A stretch of DNA of 64,000 bases from assembly GCA_963748815.1 (NCBI GenBank), contig CAVVKJ010000010.1:1119367-1183366 (forward strand), given 5' to 3'. This document shows positions 14,201 to 24,365 of the stretch, one piece after another (the stretch's first letter is position 1; each line of letters starts with the position of its first letter). A program made the translations under genes and the position numbers. The stretch comes from an uncultured Gemmatimonadales bacterium (GTDB lineage: Bacteria > Gemmatimonadota > Gemmatimonadetes > Gemmatimonadales > GWC2-71-9). The notes under the pieces were generated by a model that saw nothing but the letters and a program-made list of their open reading frames with translations, was not told the origin of the DNA and did no database searches.

Positions 14201-15209
14201 CTAGAAGACCGAGAACTTGAAGTACTTGCGCGGATTCACCTGGATGTCGGCGATCAGCTTGCGCAACTCGATCATCGTCGCGGTCGTCTCGTTGTAGAGC
14301 GTCGAGTCCTTGGTCAGCATCCCGAGGGTGCCCTGCCCCGCCTGCAGCCGGCCCATGATCGAATCGGCGGCCACGAGGATCCGGACCAGGCTCACCTCGT
14401 GCTCGCGGGCCGCGCCGAGGAGTTCGCGCAGGTCGGCGGTGGCCACGCGCAGGTCGGCAGAGGAGCCCTGGGCGGAGTTCACGATGCTCGCGATCTGGCC
14501 CTCGCTCGTGGCGGAATCGAGCCGGGAGAGGGTGGCGTGGAGGTCCTGGGCCGCTCCGGCAAAGTCGCGGGAGGCGGCGACGCCGCTCGTGGAGATGGCG
14601 TCCACCTTGTCGGTCTGCTTGTTGGCGAAGGCGGTCAGCCGGTTGATCATCGCCAGGAAGTCGTCGAGGCTGTTCCGGACCTTGGCGGCGGTGGTCGAGT
14701 CGAACACGGCGCCGACCCGGTCGGTGAGCAGGGCGATGTCGCCGGCAATGCGCCCGGCCTGGGAGGTCAGCGAGCCGATGTCGGGGAGGGTGGCGCCGGG
14801 CCAGTCGTCCGCGCCGGCCTTCTTGGCCGCCAGCGAGTTCGGCCAGCATCGTCGGGTCCTCGAGCGGGTCGTCGAGCGAGATGATCTTGGCCTCCCACTC
14901 GCCGAAGAGGCTCGCGGTGGAGGCGATGACCGCGGGGCTGGCGGGGATTTCGGTGCGCTGCTCGAGCTTCAGGGTCGCCAGCACCCAGTCGCCGTCGGCC
15001 AGTTCGACGGAAAAGACCTGTCCGATCTTGACGCCGCGGAGGGTGACGGGAGCGCCGACACCCATGCCGCCGACCGTGCGAAACCGCACCGTGACCTTCT
15101 CGGGTCGGCTGCCGAGGTGGATGCGGCCGAGCCAGAGGGCGGCGGCCACCACGACCAGGAGGGCGACGAGGACGGTGCCCCCGACCACGAACGCATTGCG
15201 CCGCTTCAC
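14201..15209 (-). CDS. mlaD: MlaD/MCE family protein, apparent indel near 14830
   Basis: N-terminal TM helix, GMGVGAPVTLRGVKIGQV, helical tail GTLGMLTKD...NPRKY. Confidence 0.85.
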
Positions 15210-15940
15210 ACGCCCCCCTCCGGACGCCCCTCGATGAACTGTCGCACCACGGGATCCTCCGTCTGCTGAATCTCCTGGACCGTGCCCACCTGCCGGATCC
15301 GTCCCTCGTACAGCATCGCGATCCGGTCGCCCACGGTGTAGGCGCTCCGCATGTCGTGGGTGACCACGATGGCGGTGGTGCCGTACTGCTCGCGGACCCG
15401 GACCATCAACTGGTCGATGACCGCCGAGGTCACGGGGTCGAGCCCGGTGGTCGGTTCGTCGTACAGAATGTACCGCGGCCGGAGCGCGATCGCGCGGGCC
15501 ACGCCCACCCGCTTCCGCATGCCGCCCGAGAGCTCGGCGGGATAGTGGTCCTCAGTGCCCGTGAGGTCGACGACGTCGAGGCTCTGTGCGACCCGCTCCT
15601 CGATCTCTCCCGGCTCCAGCCCGCGGCGGGCGAGCCCCAGCCGGATGTTGTCGCCGATGGTCATCGAGTCGAAGAGCGCGGCAAACTGGAAGACGTAGCC
15701 GATCTTGCTGCGCAGCGCGGTCAGGCCGTCCCAATCGAGCTCGTGCACCACCTCGTCGTCCACCGTCACCGATCCCGCGTCGGGTGACAGCAACCCGACC
15801 ACGTGCTTCAGCAGGACGCTCTTTCCCGAGCCGGAAAAGCCGATCAGCACGGTGGTCTCCCCTTCCGGGATGTCGAGCGTGAGGCCGTCGAGCACGACCT
15901 TGTCGCCGAAGGCTTTGTGGACGTCGTGGAACCGAATCAT
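15206..15940 (-). CDS. mlaF: MlaF-type ABC ATPase
   Basis: GFSGSGKS, LSGGMRKR, YDEPTTGLDP. Confidence 0.92.
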   Translation of the reverse strand: MIRFHDVHKAFGDKVVLDGLTLDIPEGETTVLIGFSGSGKSVLLKHVVGLLSPDAGSVTVDDEVVHELDWDGLTALRSKIGYVFQFAALFDSMTIGDNIRLGLARRGLEPGEIEERVAQSLDVVDLTGTEDHYPAELSGGMRKRVGVARAIALRPRYILYDEPTTGLDPVTSAVIDQLMVRVREQYGTTAIVVTHDMRSAYTVGDRIAMLYEGRIRQVGTVQEIQQTEDPVVRQFIEGRPEGGV

Positions 15941-15983
15941 GATTTACGTCCCCGCTTCCCCGCTTCCCCGCTTCCCCGCCGCT

Positions 15984-16746
15984 TCACAGCAGCACCACCG
16001 CCCAGAAGGCATCCAGCACCAGGATCGCCTCGCAGCCGTAGACGACGGCCAGCGTGGTGCGGCGCCCGACGCCGGCCGCGCCGCCCGAGGTGGCGCAGGC
16101 CCTGCAGGCAGCCGAGGAGGGTGACGGCGGCGCCGAAGCTGGCCGCCTTCACGAGGCCGTACCAGATGTCCTTGAACTGGTAGAAGATCTGCAGCCCCTT
16201 GATGAACTCGGCGCTGGAGAGGTCGAGCAGGTTGAGCGAGGTCACGTACCCCGCGGAGACGCCGAGGGCGACGGCGAGGGCGGTCACCACGGGGAACATC
16301 AGCGTGCCGGCGATGACGCGGGGGACGACGAGGTAGGCGTACTTGTCGTAGGCCAGCGTCTCGAGGGCGTCCACCTGTTCGGTGACCTTCATGGTGCCGA
16401 GCTCGGCGGCGATGTTGGCCCCGACCCGACCGGCGAGCGCCATGCCGGTGAGCACGGGACCGAGCTCCAGCATGATCGCCTTGCCGACGAGGGTCCCGAC
16501 GAAGTAGATGGGGACGGCGCCGGTGAAGATGTACTTGGAGAGGAGGGCGAGGACGATGCCGGTGAAGAGCGCGATGAAGAGCGCGATCGGCACGGATGCG
16601 ACGCCGAGGCGCCGCATCTGCTCGAGCAGCAGGGGTCCCCAGGTGCGGCGGTCGCGGAGGGCGCGTGCGGCGTCGAGCGCGAAGGTGCCGACGCGGCTGA
16701 CCTGCCGACCCGGGGCGGAGTCCCGAAGGGTCGCGGGGTGGGTCAC
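15984..16746 (-). CDS. mlaE: MlaE-type ABC permease, apparent indel near the 3' end
   Basis: ELGPVLTG, AELGTMKVTEQVDAL; C-terminal TTLAVV...DAFWAVVLL in a shifted frame. Confidence 0.9.
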
Positions 16747-16761
16747 GAGTGGAAGGTACGC

Positions 16762-17713
16762 CTAGGCCGCATAGCTCGCCAGCGCCCGGCCGATGTCGCC
16801 CTCGCCGAGCCGCTTGAGGGCGCGATCGCGGAGCTGGCGCACCCGCTCGCGGGTCACGCCGAGCATGGTGCCGATTTCCTCGAGGGTGTGTTCCGGCCGT
16901 CGTCGAGGCCGAAGTAGAGGCGGAGGACCTGGCGTCGCGCGGCGGCAGCGAGGCGAGGGCGTGCTCGACTTCCTCGGAGAGGAAGCGTTCCATCGCTCGG
17001 GCCTCGACGTCGCTGGAGTCGTCGGCGACGAAGCGGTCGATGAGGGTGCGTTCGCCGCCGGGATCGAGGGGCGCATCGAGCCGCACGTCGCTGGTGTTGA
17101 GCGCCGTCGAGCGACTGGACCACATCCCGGAGAGCGGTCACCTCGCGGCGACTTCCTCGGGGGTCGGCTCGCGCACCAGTTTCTGGCGGAGGAGTTCGGT
17201 AGCGCGGATGATCCGCGAGAGATCGGCGGTGCGGTTGAGCGGGACGCGGACGGTGCGCCCCTGGCTTGGCGAGTGGCGGCGAGGATGGCCTGGCGGATCC
17301 ACCAGACGGCGTAGGAGATGAACTTCACGCCCTGTCGGGATCGAACTTCCGGGCGGCGGTGAGCAGGCCGATGTTGCCCTCGCCGATGAGGTCGGTGAGG
17401 GCCATGCCGCGGTTCTGGTACTTCTTGGCGACGGAGATGACGAAGCGGAGGTTGCGCTTGACGAGCTCCTGCATGGCGTCCTGGTCGCCGGCGCGGACCC
17501 GCCGGGCGACGGCGATTTCCTGTTCGCGGGGTGAGGAGGGGGGTCTTGGAGACCTCGTGGAGGTACTGGTCGAGGATATCGCGCTCGGCGGCGCCCGCGC
17601 CAATGGCGCGGGGCGCGCGCCGCGGCGCGAGGCGGGGAAGCGGGGAAGCGGGGAGGCGGGGAGGGCTCGGCGGCTTCGGGCTTCGGCTTCTTGGCGGACT
17701 TCTTGACGGGCAT
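16762..17713 (-). CDS. RpoD/SigA-family sigma factor lacking region 1.1, apparent indels
   Basis: [59 protein letters not shown]. Confidence 0.92.
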
Positions 17714-17730
17714 GGAGGGGCCTTTTCTGC

Positions 17731-17759
17731 TTGACACAAGTGCAGCCCGCGTCTAGGTT
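17731..17759 (+). promoter_or_regulatory. sigma70 promoter of the tRNA operon
   Basis: TTGACA-N17-TAGGTT upstream of the first tRNA. Confidence 0.7.
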
Positions 17760-17813
17760 TGTGTGCTGTCGCCCAAGCGCTTTTCCGGGCCGGGGTGGCA
17801 GGGAATAGATAAT

Positions 17814-17886
17814 GGGGGCGTAGCTCAGTTGGGAGAGCGCGTGAATGGCATTCACGAGGTCAGGGGTTCGATCCCCCTCGCCTCCA
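17814..17886 (+). tRNA. tRNA-Ala(GGC)
   Basis: Cloverleaf; anticodon stem CGTGA/TCACG with GGC; TTCGA T-loop. Confidence 0.95.
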
Positions 17887-17971
17887 CTCCCAGACAGGAC
17901 CGGGTGGCGGGATGCGCTCGGAGTGGTTGCGCGAGGGCGGGGACTCGGCTAGACTCCCGTCCCTCGTCATT

Positions 17972-18044
17972 GCGGGAATAGCTCAGTTGGTAGAGCACAA
18001 CCTTGCCAAGGTTGGGGTCGCGGGTTCGAGTCCCGTTTCCCGCT
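17972..18044 (+). tRNA. tRNA-Gly(GCC)
   Basis: GCGGGAATAGCTCAG...; GCC anticodon. Confidence 0.95.
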
Positions 18045-18060
18045 CTCCAGAGGACAACGT

Positions 18061-18134
18061 CGCGGGGTGGAGCAGTCTGGTAGCTCGCCGGGCTCATAAC
18101 CCGGAGGTCGTGGGTTCAAATCCCACCCCCGCTA
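18061..18134 (+). tRNA. tRNA-fMet(CAT), initiator type
   Basis: CAT anticodon, GGG/CCC anticodon stem, unpaired C1:T72. Confidence 0.93.
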
Positions 18135-18145
18135 TTGCAGGACCA

Positions 18146-18174
18146 GGACTGGGGACTGAGGACTGAGGACTGAG
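18146..18174 (+). repeat. Heptamer tandem repeat (GGACTGR)n
   Basis: GGACTGGGGACTGAGGACTGAGGACTGAG; same motif at 58317-58341. Confidence 0.6.
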
Positions 18175-18232
18175 AGGTCGCAGGTCGCCGCCCTCGGTGT
18201 TCGGATCTTCGGGAACCAGTCCTTGCGGTTTC

Positions 18233-18306
18233 GGGCGGTTAGCTCAGTTGGTTAGAGCGCCACGTTGACATCGTGGAGGTCACAAGTTCGAGCCTTGTAC
18301 CGCCCA
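18233..18306 (+). tRNA. tRNA-Val(GAC)
   Basis: CCACG-TTGACAT-CGTGG anticodon arm. Confidence 0.95.
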
Positions 18307-18314
18307 TGCAGTCT

Positions 18315-18388
18315 GCGCCCATAGCTCAATTGGATAGAGCATCTGACTACGGATCAGAAGGTTAGGGGTTCGAGTCCCTTTGGGCGCA
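18315..18388 (+). tRNA. tRNA-Arg(ACG)
   Basis: TCTGA-CTACGGA-TCAGA anticodon arm. Confidence 0.95.
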
Positions 18389-18400
18389 TTGTTGCAGGGA

Positions 18401-18474
18401 CGGGGCGTAGCGTAGCCTGGTAGCGCGCCTGCTTCGGGAGCAGGAGGTCGCCGGTTCAAATCCGGCCGCCCCGA
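18401..18474 (+). tRNA. tRNA-Pro(CGG)
   Basis: CCTGC-TTCGGGA-GCAGG anticodon arm. Confidence 0.95.
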
Positions 18475-18502
18475 TTTACATTAGGATGGTAGGGAAGGGT
18501 TC

Positions 18503-18576
18503 GGGTCCGTAGCTCAGTTGGATAGAGCGCTTGCCTCCGGAGCAAGAGGTCGTAGGTTCGAATCCTATCGGGCCCA
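18503..18576 (+). tRNA. tRNA-Arg(CCG)
   Basis: CTTGC-CTCCGGA-GCAAG anticodon arm. Confidence 0.95.
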
Positions 18577-18582
18577 TCACAC

Positions 18583-18630
18583 ACACACGACACCCCGTCC
18601 TCCACGAAGTGGGGGGCGGGGTTTGTGTGT
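18583..18630 (+). terminator. Hairpin terminator of the tRNA operon; degenerate duplicate at 30150-30192
   Basis: ACCCCGTCCTCCAC-GAA-GTGGGGGGCGGGGT followed by TTGTGT. Confidence 0.7.
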
Positions 18631-18650
18631 CAGGGACTTGTCGAGACGCG

Positions 18651-20840
18651 CTAGTTCCCGGTCCAGACTCCGGGCCGCACCGATCCCACCCAGGCCGGAT
18701 TGTGGCCGTTGCCACTCTTGTCCGCGACGTCCGTGGGAGTTGGGTTCAGGTTCAGGTACCACGGCGTCCGCACCGAGCCAGGCGAGGCGATCTCCTGGGC
18801 GATCTGGGCCGGAGTCAGCACCACATCATAGAATTGATAGCCGCGCAGGATGGCGTTGGGAATTTCCTTCCCCTGATTCCACGGCGCATCCCCGATGATG
18901 ATCGCCGGGTCGCTCACCATCGAGAGGGCTCGCGCGTGCGTCCACTGGACCACGCCAGTGGTCGTGTTCGGCCAATTGAAATAGTAGGTATACACCTCAT
19001 TGTTGCCCACCAGTTCGGCGGTGGCCACCTGCTGGTACCACTGGTTGTACCCCACGGGCACACCCTGCGCCCCGGACGTCGCCGTTCGGTCATCGCAGTA
19101 CCCTGCGATTTCCCACTTGTGTTCCATGTTGGTTTCCCGGTCAGGCCACGGGTGGAAGCCGTAGTAGGTGTGACACGGTACCTCTCCCTGCGTCCACGTG
19201 GTTTCATACCTGGCATAGAATAGGAATGTCCAATAGGACTGGAGAAAATTGTTGTTCGCCCGTGGGTATGCCCGCCAAATGTAGGTCGCCGGATAGGCGG
19301 GCATCGGGGCAGCCCCGCTCCGCGCCTGATTCCAGGTAAGGATGGCAGACGGGCTCTTCGAGGGGAAGTTGACATTCCCGGGGAAATCGAGGCCGGTGAG
19401 CAGCCCGGACGCCTGGGTCACCGTGACCGTACTGGTATCCGCCAGGCTCCCGCTCTGCTGCTGGGCGATGACCCGGAAGCTGCCCGCCGTATTGCCCGCC
19501 GCGTAGAATCCGCCGGAACTGATGCTGCCACCGGTGGCAGTATAGGTTACCGCCGGCGCCGTCGTGGCTCCGTCGCTCCACTGCCCGCTCACGCTGAACT
19601 GCTGCGCGCCGCCGGTGGTGAGCGACGCGGTGCTCGGCGTCAGGATCACCGCCTGGAGGACCGGCGGCGTGGTGGTCAGCGTGACCGTCGAGGTGTCTGC
19701 CAAGGTCCCGCTCTGCTGCCGGGCGATGACCCGGAAGCTCCCCGCCGTATTCCCCGCCGTGTAGAGCCCAGCACTGGTGACGCCGCCGCCCGTGGCAGTG
19801 TAGGTCACCGCCGGTGCCGTTGTGGCCCCATTACTCCACTGCCCGCTCACGCTGAACTGCTGCGTGCCGCCGGTGGTGAGCGACGCGGTGCTCGGCGTCA
19901 GGATCACGGCCTGGAGGACCGGCGGGGTGGAGCTGAGGGTCACCGCGCTGGTGTCGGCCAGGGTCCCGCCCTGCTGCACGGCGATGACCCGGAAGCTCCC
20001 CGCCGTATTTCCAGCCGTGTAGAGCCCAGCACTGGTGACGCCGCCGCCCGTGGCACTGTAGGTCACCGCCGGTGCCGTTGTGGCCCCATTACTCCACTGC
20101 CCGCTTACGCTGAATTGCTGCGTGGCGCCGGTGCTGAGCGACGCGCTGCTCGGCGTCAGGAGCACGGCCTGGAGGACCGGCGGGGTGGTGGTGATGGTTA
20201 CGGCGCTGGTGTCGGCCAAAGTCCCACCTTGCTGCGTGGCGATCACCCGGAAGCTGCCGGCCGTGCTTCCCGCCGCGTAGAGCCCGCCGGCATTGATGGA
20301 CCCGCCGGTGGCGCTGTACGTCACCGCCGGCGCCGTCGTGGTCCCGTTGCTCCACTGCCCGCTCACGCTGAACTGCTGCGTGCCGCCGGTGGTGAGAGAC
20401 GCCGTGCTCGGCGTCAGGATCACCGCCTGGAGGACCGGCGGGGTCACCACGATGATGGTGGAATCCTTCGGGGTACACCTGTACCTGCGGCACCACCAAA
20501 CCCAGAAAGAGCCAGCACTCAGGGAGCTGAACCGGGCGGTGGAATCCGTGAGTACCTCGACAGAGCCGCCGCTGGAGCCCCACTCGCCGTCCATCGCCAC
20601 CTCCTCGCCACCCGGGTTCATGACGCTGGCTCGCAGCAGGGAACTTTCTCCAATCAGAAGGGCGGCCTTCTCTGCGGTAAGCGTCACCGACTCAACCGCA
20701 TCCGGGCCAAGACTGTTCTTCAGCTCACCAGGGGCACAGGCAACGATCAACGATGCAAGCCCGAACGAAACGCGACGCAGGATAGCGCGGATCGCCGGCG
20801 GAGCTCGGAGTGCAGAAATTAGATTTGCCACGCTTGTCAC
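18651..20840 (-). CDS. Surface lipoprotein with tandem Ig-like repeats and a C-terminal LamG/ConA-like domain
   Basis: LIVAC lipobox; four 86-aa repeats; C-terminal NQWYQQVAT...IIIG...YQFYDVVLTPAQI...DKSGNG pattern. Confidence 0.8.
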   Translation of the reverse strand: MTSVANLISALRAPPAIRAILRRVSFGLASLIVACAPGELKNSLGPDAVESVTLTAEKAALLIGESSLLRASVMNPGGEEVAMDGEWGSSGGSVEVLTDSTARFSSLSAGSFWVWWCRRYRCTPKDSTIIVVTPPVLQAVILTPSTASLTTGGTQQFSVSGQWSNGTTTAPAVTYSATGGSINAGGLYAAGSTAGSFRVIATQQGGTLADTSAVTITTTPPVLQAVLLTPSSASLSTGATQQFSVSGQWSNGATTAPAVTYSATGGGVTSAGLYTAGNTAGSFRVIAVQQGGTLADTSAVTLSSTPPVLQAVILTPSTASLTTGGTQQFSVSGQWSNGATTAPAVTYTATGGGVTSAGLYTAGNTAGSFRVIARQQSGTLADTSTVTLTTTPPVLQAVILTPSTASLTTGGAQQFSVSGQWSDGATTAPAVTYTATGGSISSGGFYAAGNTAGSFRVIAQQQSGSLADTSTVTVTQASGLLTGLDFPGNVNFPSKSPSAILTWNQARSGAAPMPAYPATYIWRAYPRANNNFLQSYWTFLFYARYETTWTQGEVPCHTYYGFHPWPDRETNMEHKWEIAGYCDDRTATSGAQGVPVGYNQWYQQVATAELVGNNEVYTYYFNWPNTTTGVVQWTHARALSMVSDPAIIIGDAPWNQGKEIPNAILRGYQFYDVVLTPAQIAQEIASPGSVRTPWYLNLNPTPTDVADKSGNGHNPAWVGSVRPGVWTGN
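19412..20443 (-). repeat. Four intragenic 258-bp tandem repeats encoding Ig-like domains
   Basis: PPVLQAVILTPSTASLTTGGTQQFSVSGQWS... recurs every 258 nt. Confidence 0.9.
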
Positions 20841-21160
20841 CTCATTGGAGTTCCCACGTCAAGGCCAATCAGCCGACTCTCGCGTTCTTGACCCGACGAG
20901 GTGGTCTGCTTGGAACTACCGGAAGGATTTACCGGCGAGTGCCGTAGAACCATCGCTCGAAGGGACGGATTGTGGGCTACACCGGAAGGTGGACAGGCGG
21001 CATGTGGGAGGTCGCTGGAGGGAGCTTGGCCGACCGCATTGGTTAGGAATCCGGCGTCACTCCTGGATCGCCAGTCGGTCTCGGAAGCGTGGGCGAGTGC
21101 GAGGATTGTTGGGGGGGGACCAAGTGCGATATCACAAGTCAGGTCAATGAGATCCTATCC

Positions 21161-22264
21161 CTAGGGTCCGGTCCAGACTCCCGGCCGCCCCGGTCCCACC
21201 CAAGCCGGGTTGTGGCCGTTGCCACTCTTGTCCGCGACGTCCGTGGGAGTTGGATTCAGGTTCAGGTACCACGGCGTCCGCACCGAGCCGGGGGAGGCGA
21301 TCTCCTGGGCGATCTGGGCCGGCGTGAGCGCCACATCATAGAACTGGTAGCCCCGCAGAATGGCATTGGGCACTTCCCTGCCCTGATTCCATGGTGCGTC
21401 CCCGATGATGATGGCAGGATCGGTGTTGGGCAAGTCCTTCGCGTGCGTCCACCGGATCACATCGGTCGTCGTGTTCGGCCAGTTGAAATAGTAGGTGTAC
21501 ACCTCGTTGCCGCCAATCAGTTCGGTGGTGGCGACCTGCTGGTACCATTGGTTGTACCCGATGGGCACGCCCTGCGCCCCGGACGTCGCCGTCCGGTCGT
21601 CACCAAAAGCGGAAATCTCCCACTTGTGCTCCATATTGGTTTCCCGGTCAGGCCACGGGTGAAAGCCATAGTACGTCTTGGACGGGATCTCCCCCTGCGT
21701 CCACGTAGTCTCGTACCTGGCATAGAACAAGAAGGTCCAGTAGGACTGGAAAAAATTGTTATTCGGTCGTGGGTAGGCTCGCCAAATGTAGGTCGCCGGA
21801 TAGGCCGGGAACGGAGCCGCGCCGCTCCGAGACTGATTCCATGTGAGGATGGCGGACGGGCTCGGAGATGGGTAGTTGACGTTCCCGGGGAAATCGAGGC
21901 CGGCAAGTGACTCCGATGGCTGTGTCACCGTCGCCGACGCCGAACCGCGTTGACCTTCACTCGCCGCCGCGATATCAGACAACCCGGCCGCCACTGCTTT
22001 GACGAGGCCGTTCCCGTCAACCGTGGCCCGGGAAGGCTGACTCGACGCCCAAGTCACGATCCGCCCCGTGAGCACAACCCCCGCCGCATCACGCAGCGTC
22101 GCCACCAATTGTCTTGACTGCCCTACTTCCAGGACCAGGTTTCCGGGGGAAACCGTTACCGAGGCGACTGACGCCGGAACGGACTCCGTCGCGTCCGGAC
22201 TGCACGAGAACGCCGCACACACCGCCGCGAGCATGGCGGAGAGGTTGCGCGCCTGGCTCCACAC
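21161..22264 (-). CDS. Paralogous surface lipoprotein with one Big_2-like domain and the same LamG/ConA-like domain; start uncertain (22234, 22264 or 22372)
   Basis: AAFSC lipobox-like motif; VASVTVSP..VTWASSQPSRATVDGNGLV; C-terminal ~250 aa closely similar to the 18651 gene. Confidence 0.8.
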   Translation of the reverse strand: MWSQARNLSAMLAAVCAAFSCSPDATESVPASVASVTVSPGNLVLEVGQSRQLVATLRDAAGVVLTGRIVTWASSQPSRATVDGNGLVKAVAAGLSDIAAASEGQRGSASATVTQPSESLAGLDFPGNVNYPSPSPSAILTWNQSRSGAAPFPAYPATYIWRAYPRPNNNFFQSYWTFLFYARYETTWTQGEIPSKTYYGFHPWPDRETNMEHKWEISAFGDDRTATSGAQGVPIGYNQWYQQVATTELIGGNEVYTYYFNWPNTTTDVIRWTHAKDLPNTDPAIIIGDAPWNQGREVPNAILRGYQFYDVALTPAQIAQEIASPGSVRTPWYLNLNPTPTDVADKSGNGHNPAWVGPGRPGVWTGP

Positions 22265-22371
22265 GCCCCCGCGTCGATATTCCGGCACGGCGGGGAGCGC
22301 CGTGGGCGCCGACGGGAGGAGCACTTCGAGGTGGCCAGATTCCGGGAAAGCAGGTGGGTACCATCGGGGCA

Positions 22372-23550
22372 TCAGATCGTCCGTTGCGGCGAGCCCAGCG
22401 CCTTCGCGAAGCGCCACCAGCGTCGTCCGGCCTGCAACTGCCCGGCGAGGCGCTCCCCCACCCCCCGGTCCCGGTCGAGCCTGAAGACGCGTTTGAAGAG
22501 CTCGTTGGACTGCCAGGGCCGGGAGTCGCCGTGCCCGGAAGCGCGTGGCTGGATTCCGGCGCTCCAGAGGAGCTTCGCCATCCAGACGGACGGACAGGCC
22601 CCGAAGAGCCCGGTCGTGATGTAGCCCCGCTCCAGCGCGTGGCTCAGGACCGCGGGCTGCTGTGGACGGAGGGCTTCGAGGACGGTCTTCGGGATCGGCG
22701 TACCCGACAGGGTGTGTGTGATCGCGAGCGTCCAGTACGCACACGTTCCGGCTCGTGTGCGGACGGCCAGCTCGGTGAATCGGTCCCAGTCGAAGGGTGC
22801 CGCGGCCAGGATGGTCGCGATGTCCCGGACCGTGCGGCCCATGCCGCTGAACATGTGCGACCAGGCGAAGTGCACGGACAGGTGCAGCAGTTGATGATGA
22901 TCGGACGGCACCCACGCCTCGACATCGCCAAGCCTGACCGGCCTGGCGTCACGCCAGAGCTCGGCCACGTCAAGCTGAAACGGCCCGGTCGGAGGCAGCA
23001 TGGAACGGTGAATTTCCAGCACCAGATTGAGACCCTTTGGATCCACCAGGCCGGGGAGGTGCTGGTGCCCCTCGAAGAACTGTTCGCCTCCCTCCAGTTC
23101 AAGCCCCCACCCGGCCTCCCGCATGATCTGCCAGGCGCGTTCCGACTCACCGACTGGCACCAGGATGTCGAAGTCTCCCATCGGCCGCTTCAGAAACGAC
23201 CCATAGACCGTGGTCGCCAGCGCCGCCCCCTTGAGCAGCATGACGCGGATCCCGTTGCGCGCGAGCGTCGCGGCCACCTCCCGCAGGGCGGTCTCCGTCA
23301 ACGCCATCCGGAACTCGGTCACGGCGGCCTGGGCCTGGAACGCCGCCCGGACATCCGGGGGGACGAGCTCGGACTGTGCCCGCATGTACTTCCAGAGCAC
23401 GGGGAGCAGCTTCTCCCGTTCCGCCAGCGCACCAACCGCCCGCCAGTTCGGCCGGGAGGCCGCGAGTGCGGCAAAGTACGTCTCCCCGCACACGGCGTCC
23501 GGACGTGCGGCAAGGAAGAGCAACCGGGCCTCGTCAGGGAGCAGTGGCAT
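22372..23550 (-). CDS. Nucleotidyltransferase (NTP_transf_5 type), lasso cluster 1
   Basis: LLKGAALA...RPMGDFDILV, LEIH; paralog at 52864. Confidence 0.85.
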   Translation of the reverse strand: MPLLPDEARLLFLAARPDAVCGETYFAALAASRPNWRAVGALAEREKLLPVLWKYMRAQSELVPPDVRAAFQAQAAVTEFRMALTETALREVAATLARNGIRVMLLKGAALATTVYGSFLKRPMGDFDILVPVGESERAWQIMREAGWGLELEGGEQFFEGHQHLPGLVDPKGLNLVLEIHRSMLPPTGPFQLDVAELWRDARPVRLGDVEAWVPSDHHQLLHLSVHFAWSHMFSGMGRTVRDIATILAAAPFDWDRFTELAVRTRAGTCAYWTLAITHTLSGTPIPKTVLEALRPQQPAVLSHALERGYITTGLFGACPSVWMAKLLWSAGIQPRASGHGDSRPWQSNELFKRVFRLDRDRGVGERLAGQLQAGRRWWRFAKALGSPQRTI

Positions 23551-23564
23551 GGGAGAAAACCGGT

Positions 23565-24365
23565 TCAATATTGGGCCAGGGTGCCCTGTCGGCGCGCGTA
23601 CCGAAAGGCGGCGGTGATGGCGGCTGTGCCGATCAAGAAGAGTATAACCGTCGCGGCCGAGAGCGCGAGGAGGTCAGGGGCGACGTCGGCGATGGACGCG
23701 TCCTGAAGCACCACGCGCCGGAGCGCGCGGAGTCCGTAGCTCAGGGGGAGCAGATCCGAGACCGACTGCAGCCAGGAGGGGATCACGTGCGTCGGGTAAT
23801 AGACTCCGCCAAGCAGCCCGGAGATCATCAGCACCCCCTTCGGCAAGGGGCCGGCGGTGCGAAAGGCGAGCACGAGGGCCGCCCCGACCAGGCCGATGGG
23901 GACGTGCGCCAACACGACGAGCAGCAGGATGGCGAGCCCCGGCAGGAATTGCCCGGGCATGAGATTGGCGCCAAGGAGCCACCCGGCCATGAGGAGGATG
24001 GCCCCCTTCAGGGCGGCCCACAGCATGTCGAAGGCGTTCAGGCCGGCGAGGAGGGCGGGGCCGGAGGTCGGCGTGGCCAGCAACGCCTCGAGCACCCCGC
24101 TGGCAACTGCGCTGCCGACCGCCGCGGGGAGGGCTACGACGGCGACGGAAACCACCGAGAACGTGGTCAGGCCGACTAGCAGAAAGCCAAACGACTGCCC
24201 CCCCTCCATCTTGATGGCGTTGGCCATGACCGGCTGGAGTGCGCCGGAGATGAAGTAGAGCGGAACGACCGTAGCGAGGAGGCCGGCGATCGAGACCACC
24301 ATTTGCAGCCGATAGCTGAGCATCGTCTGCCAGTGTGCACGGCACAGTGCAGCAATCCGTCTCAT
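23565..24365 (-). CDS. ABC-2 type permease, lasso cluster 1
   Basis: About six TM segments; GVLEALLATP, GGVYYP, LPLSYGLRALR. Confidence 0.88.
   Translation of the reverse strand: MRRIAALCRAHWQTMLSYRLQMVVSIAGLLATVVPLYFISGALQPVMANAIKMEGGQSFGFLLVGLTTFSVVSVAVVALPAAVGSAVASGVLEALLATPTSGPALLAGLNAFDMLWAALKGAILLMAGWLLGANLMPGQFLPGLAILLLVVLAHVPIGLVGAALVLAFRTAGPLPKGVLMISGLLGGVYYPTHVIPSWLQSVSDLLPLSYGLRALRRVVLQDASIADVAPDLLALSAATVILFLIGTAAITAAFRYARRQGTLAQY

Noticed and set aside
19412..20443. Long regular repeats as a CRISPR array or non-coding repeat
   Set aside because: The units are contiguous 258-bp in-frame Ig-like domains with no unique spacers, and I saw no cas genes
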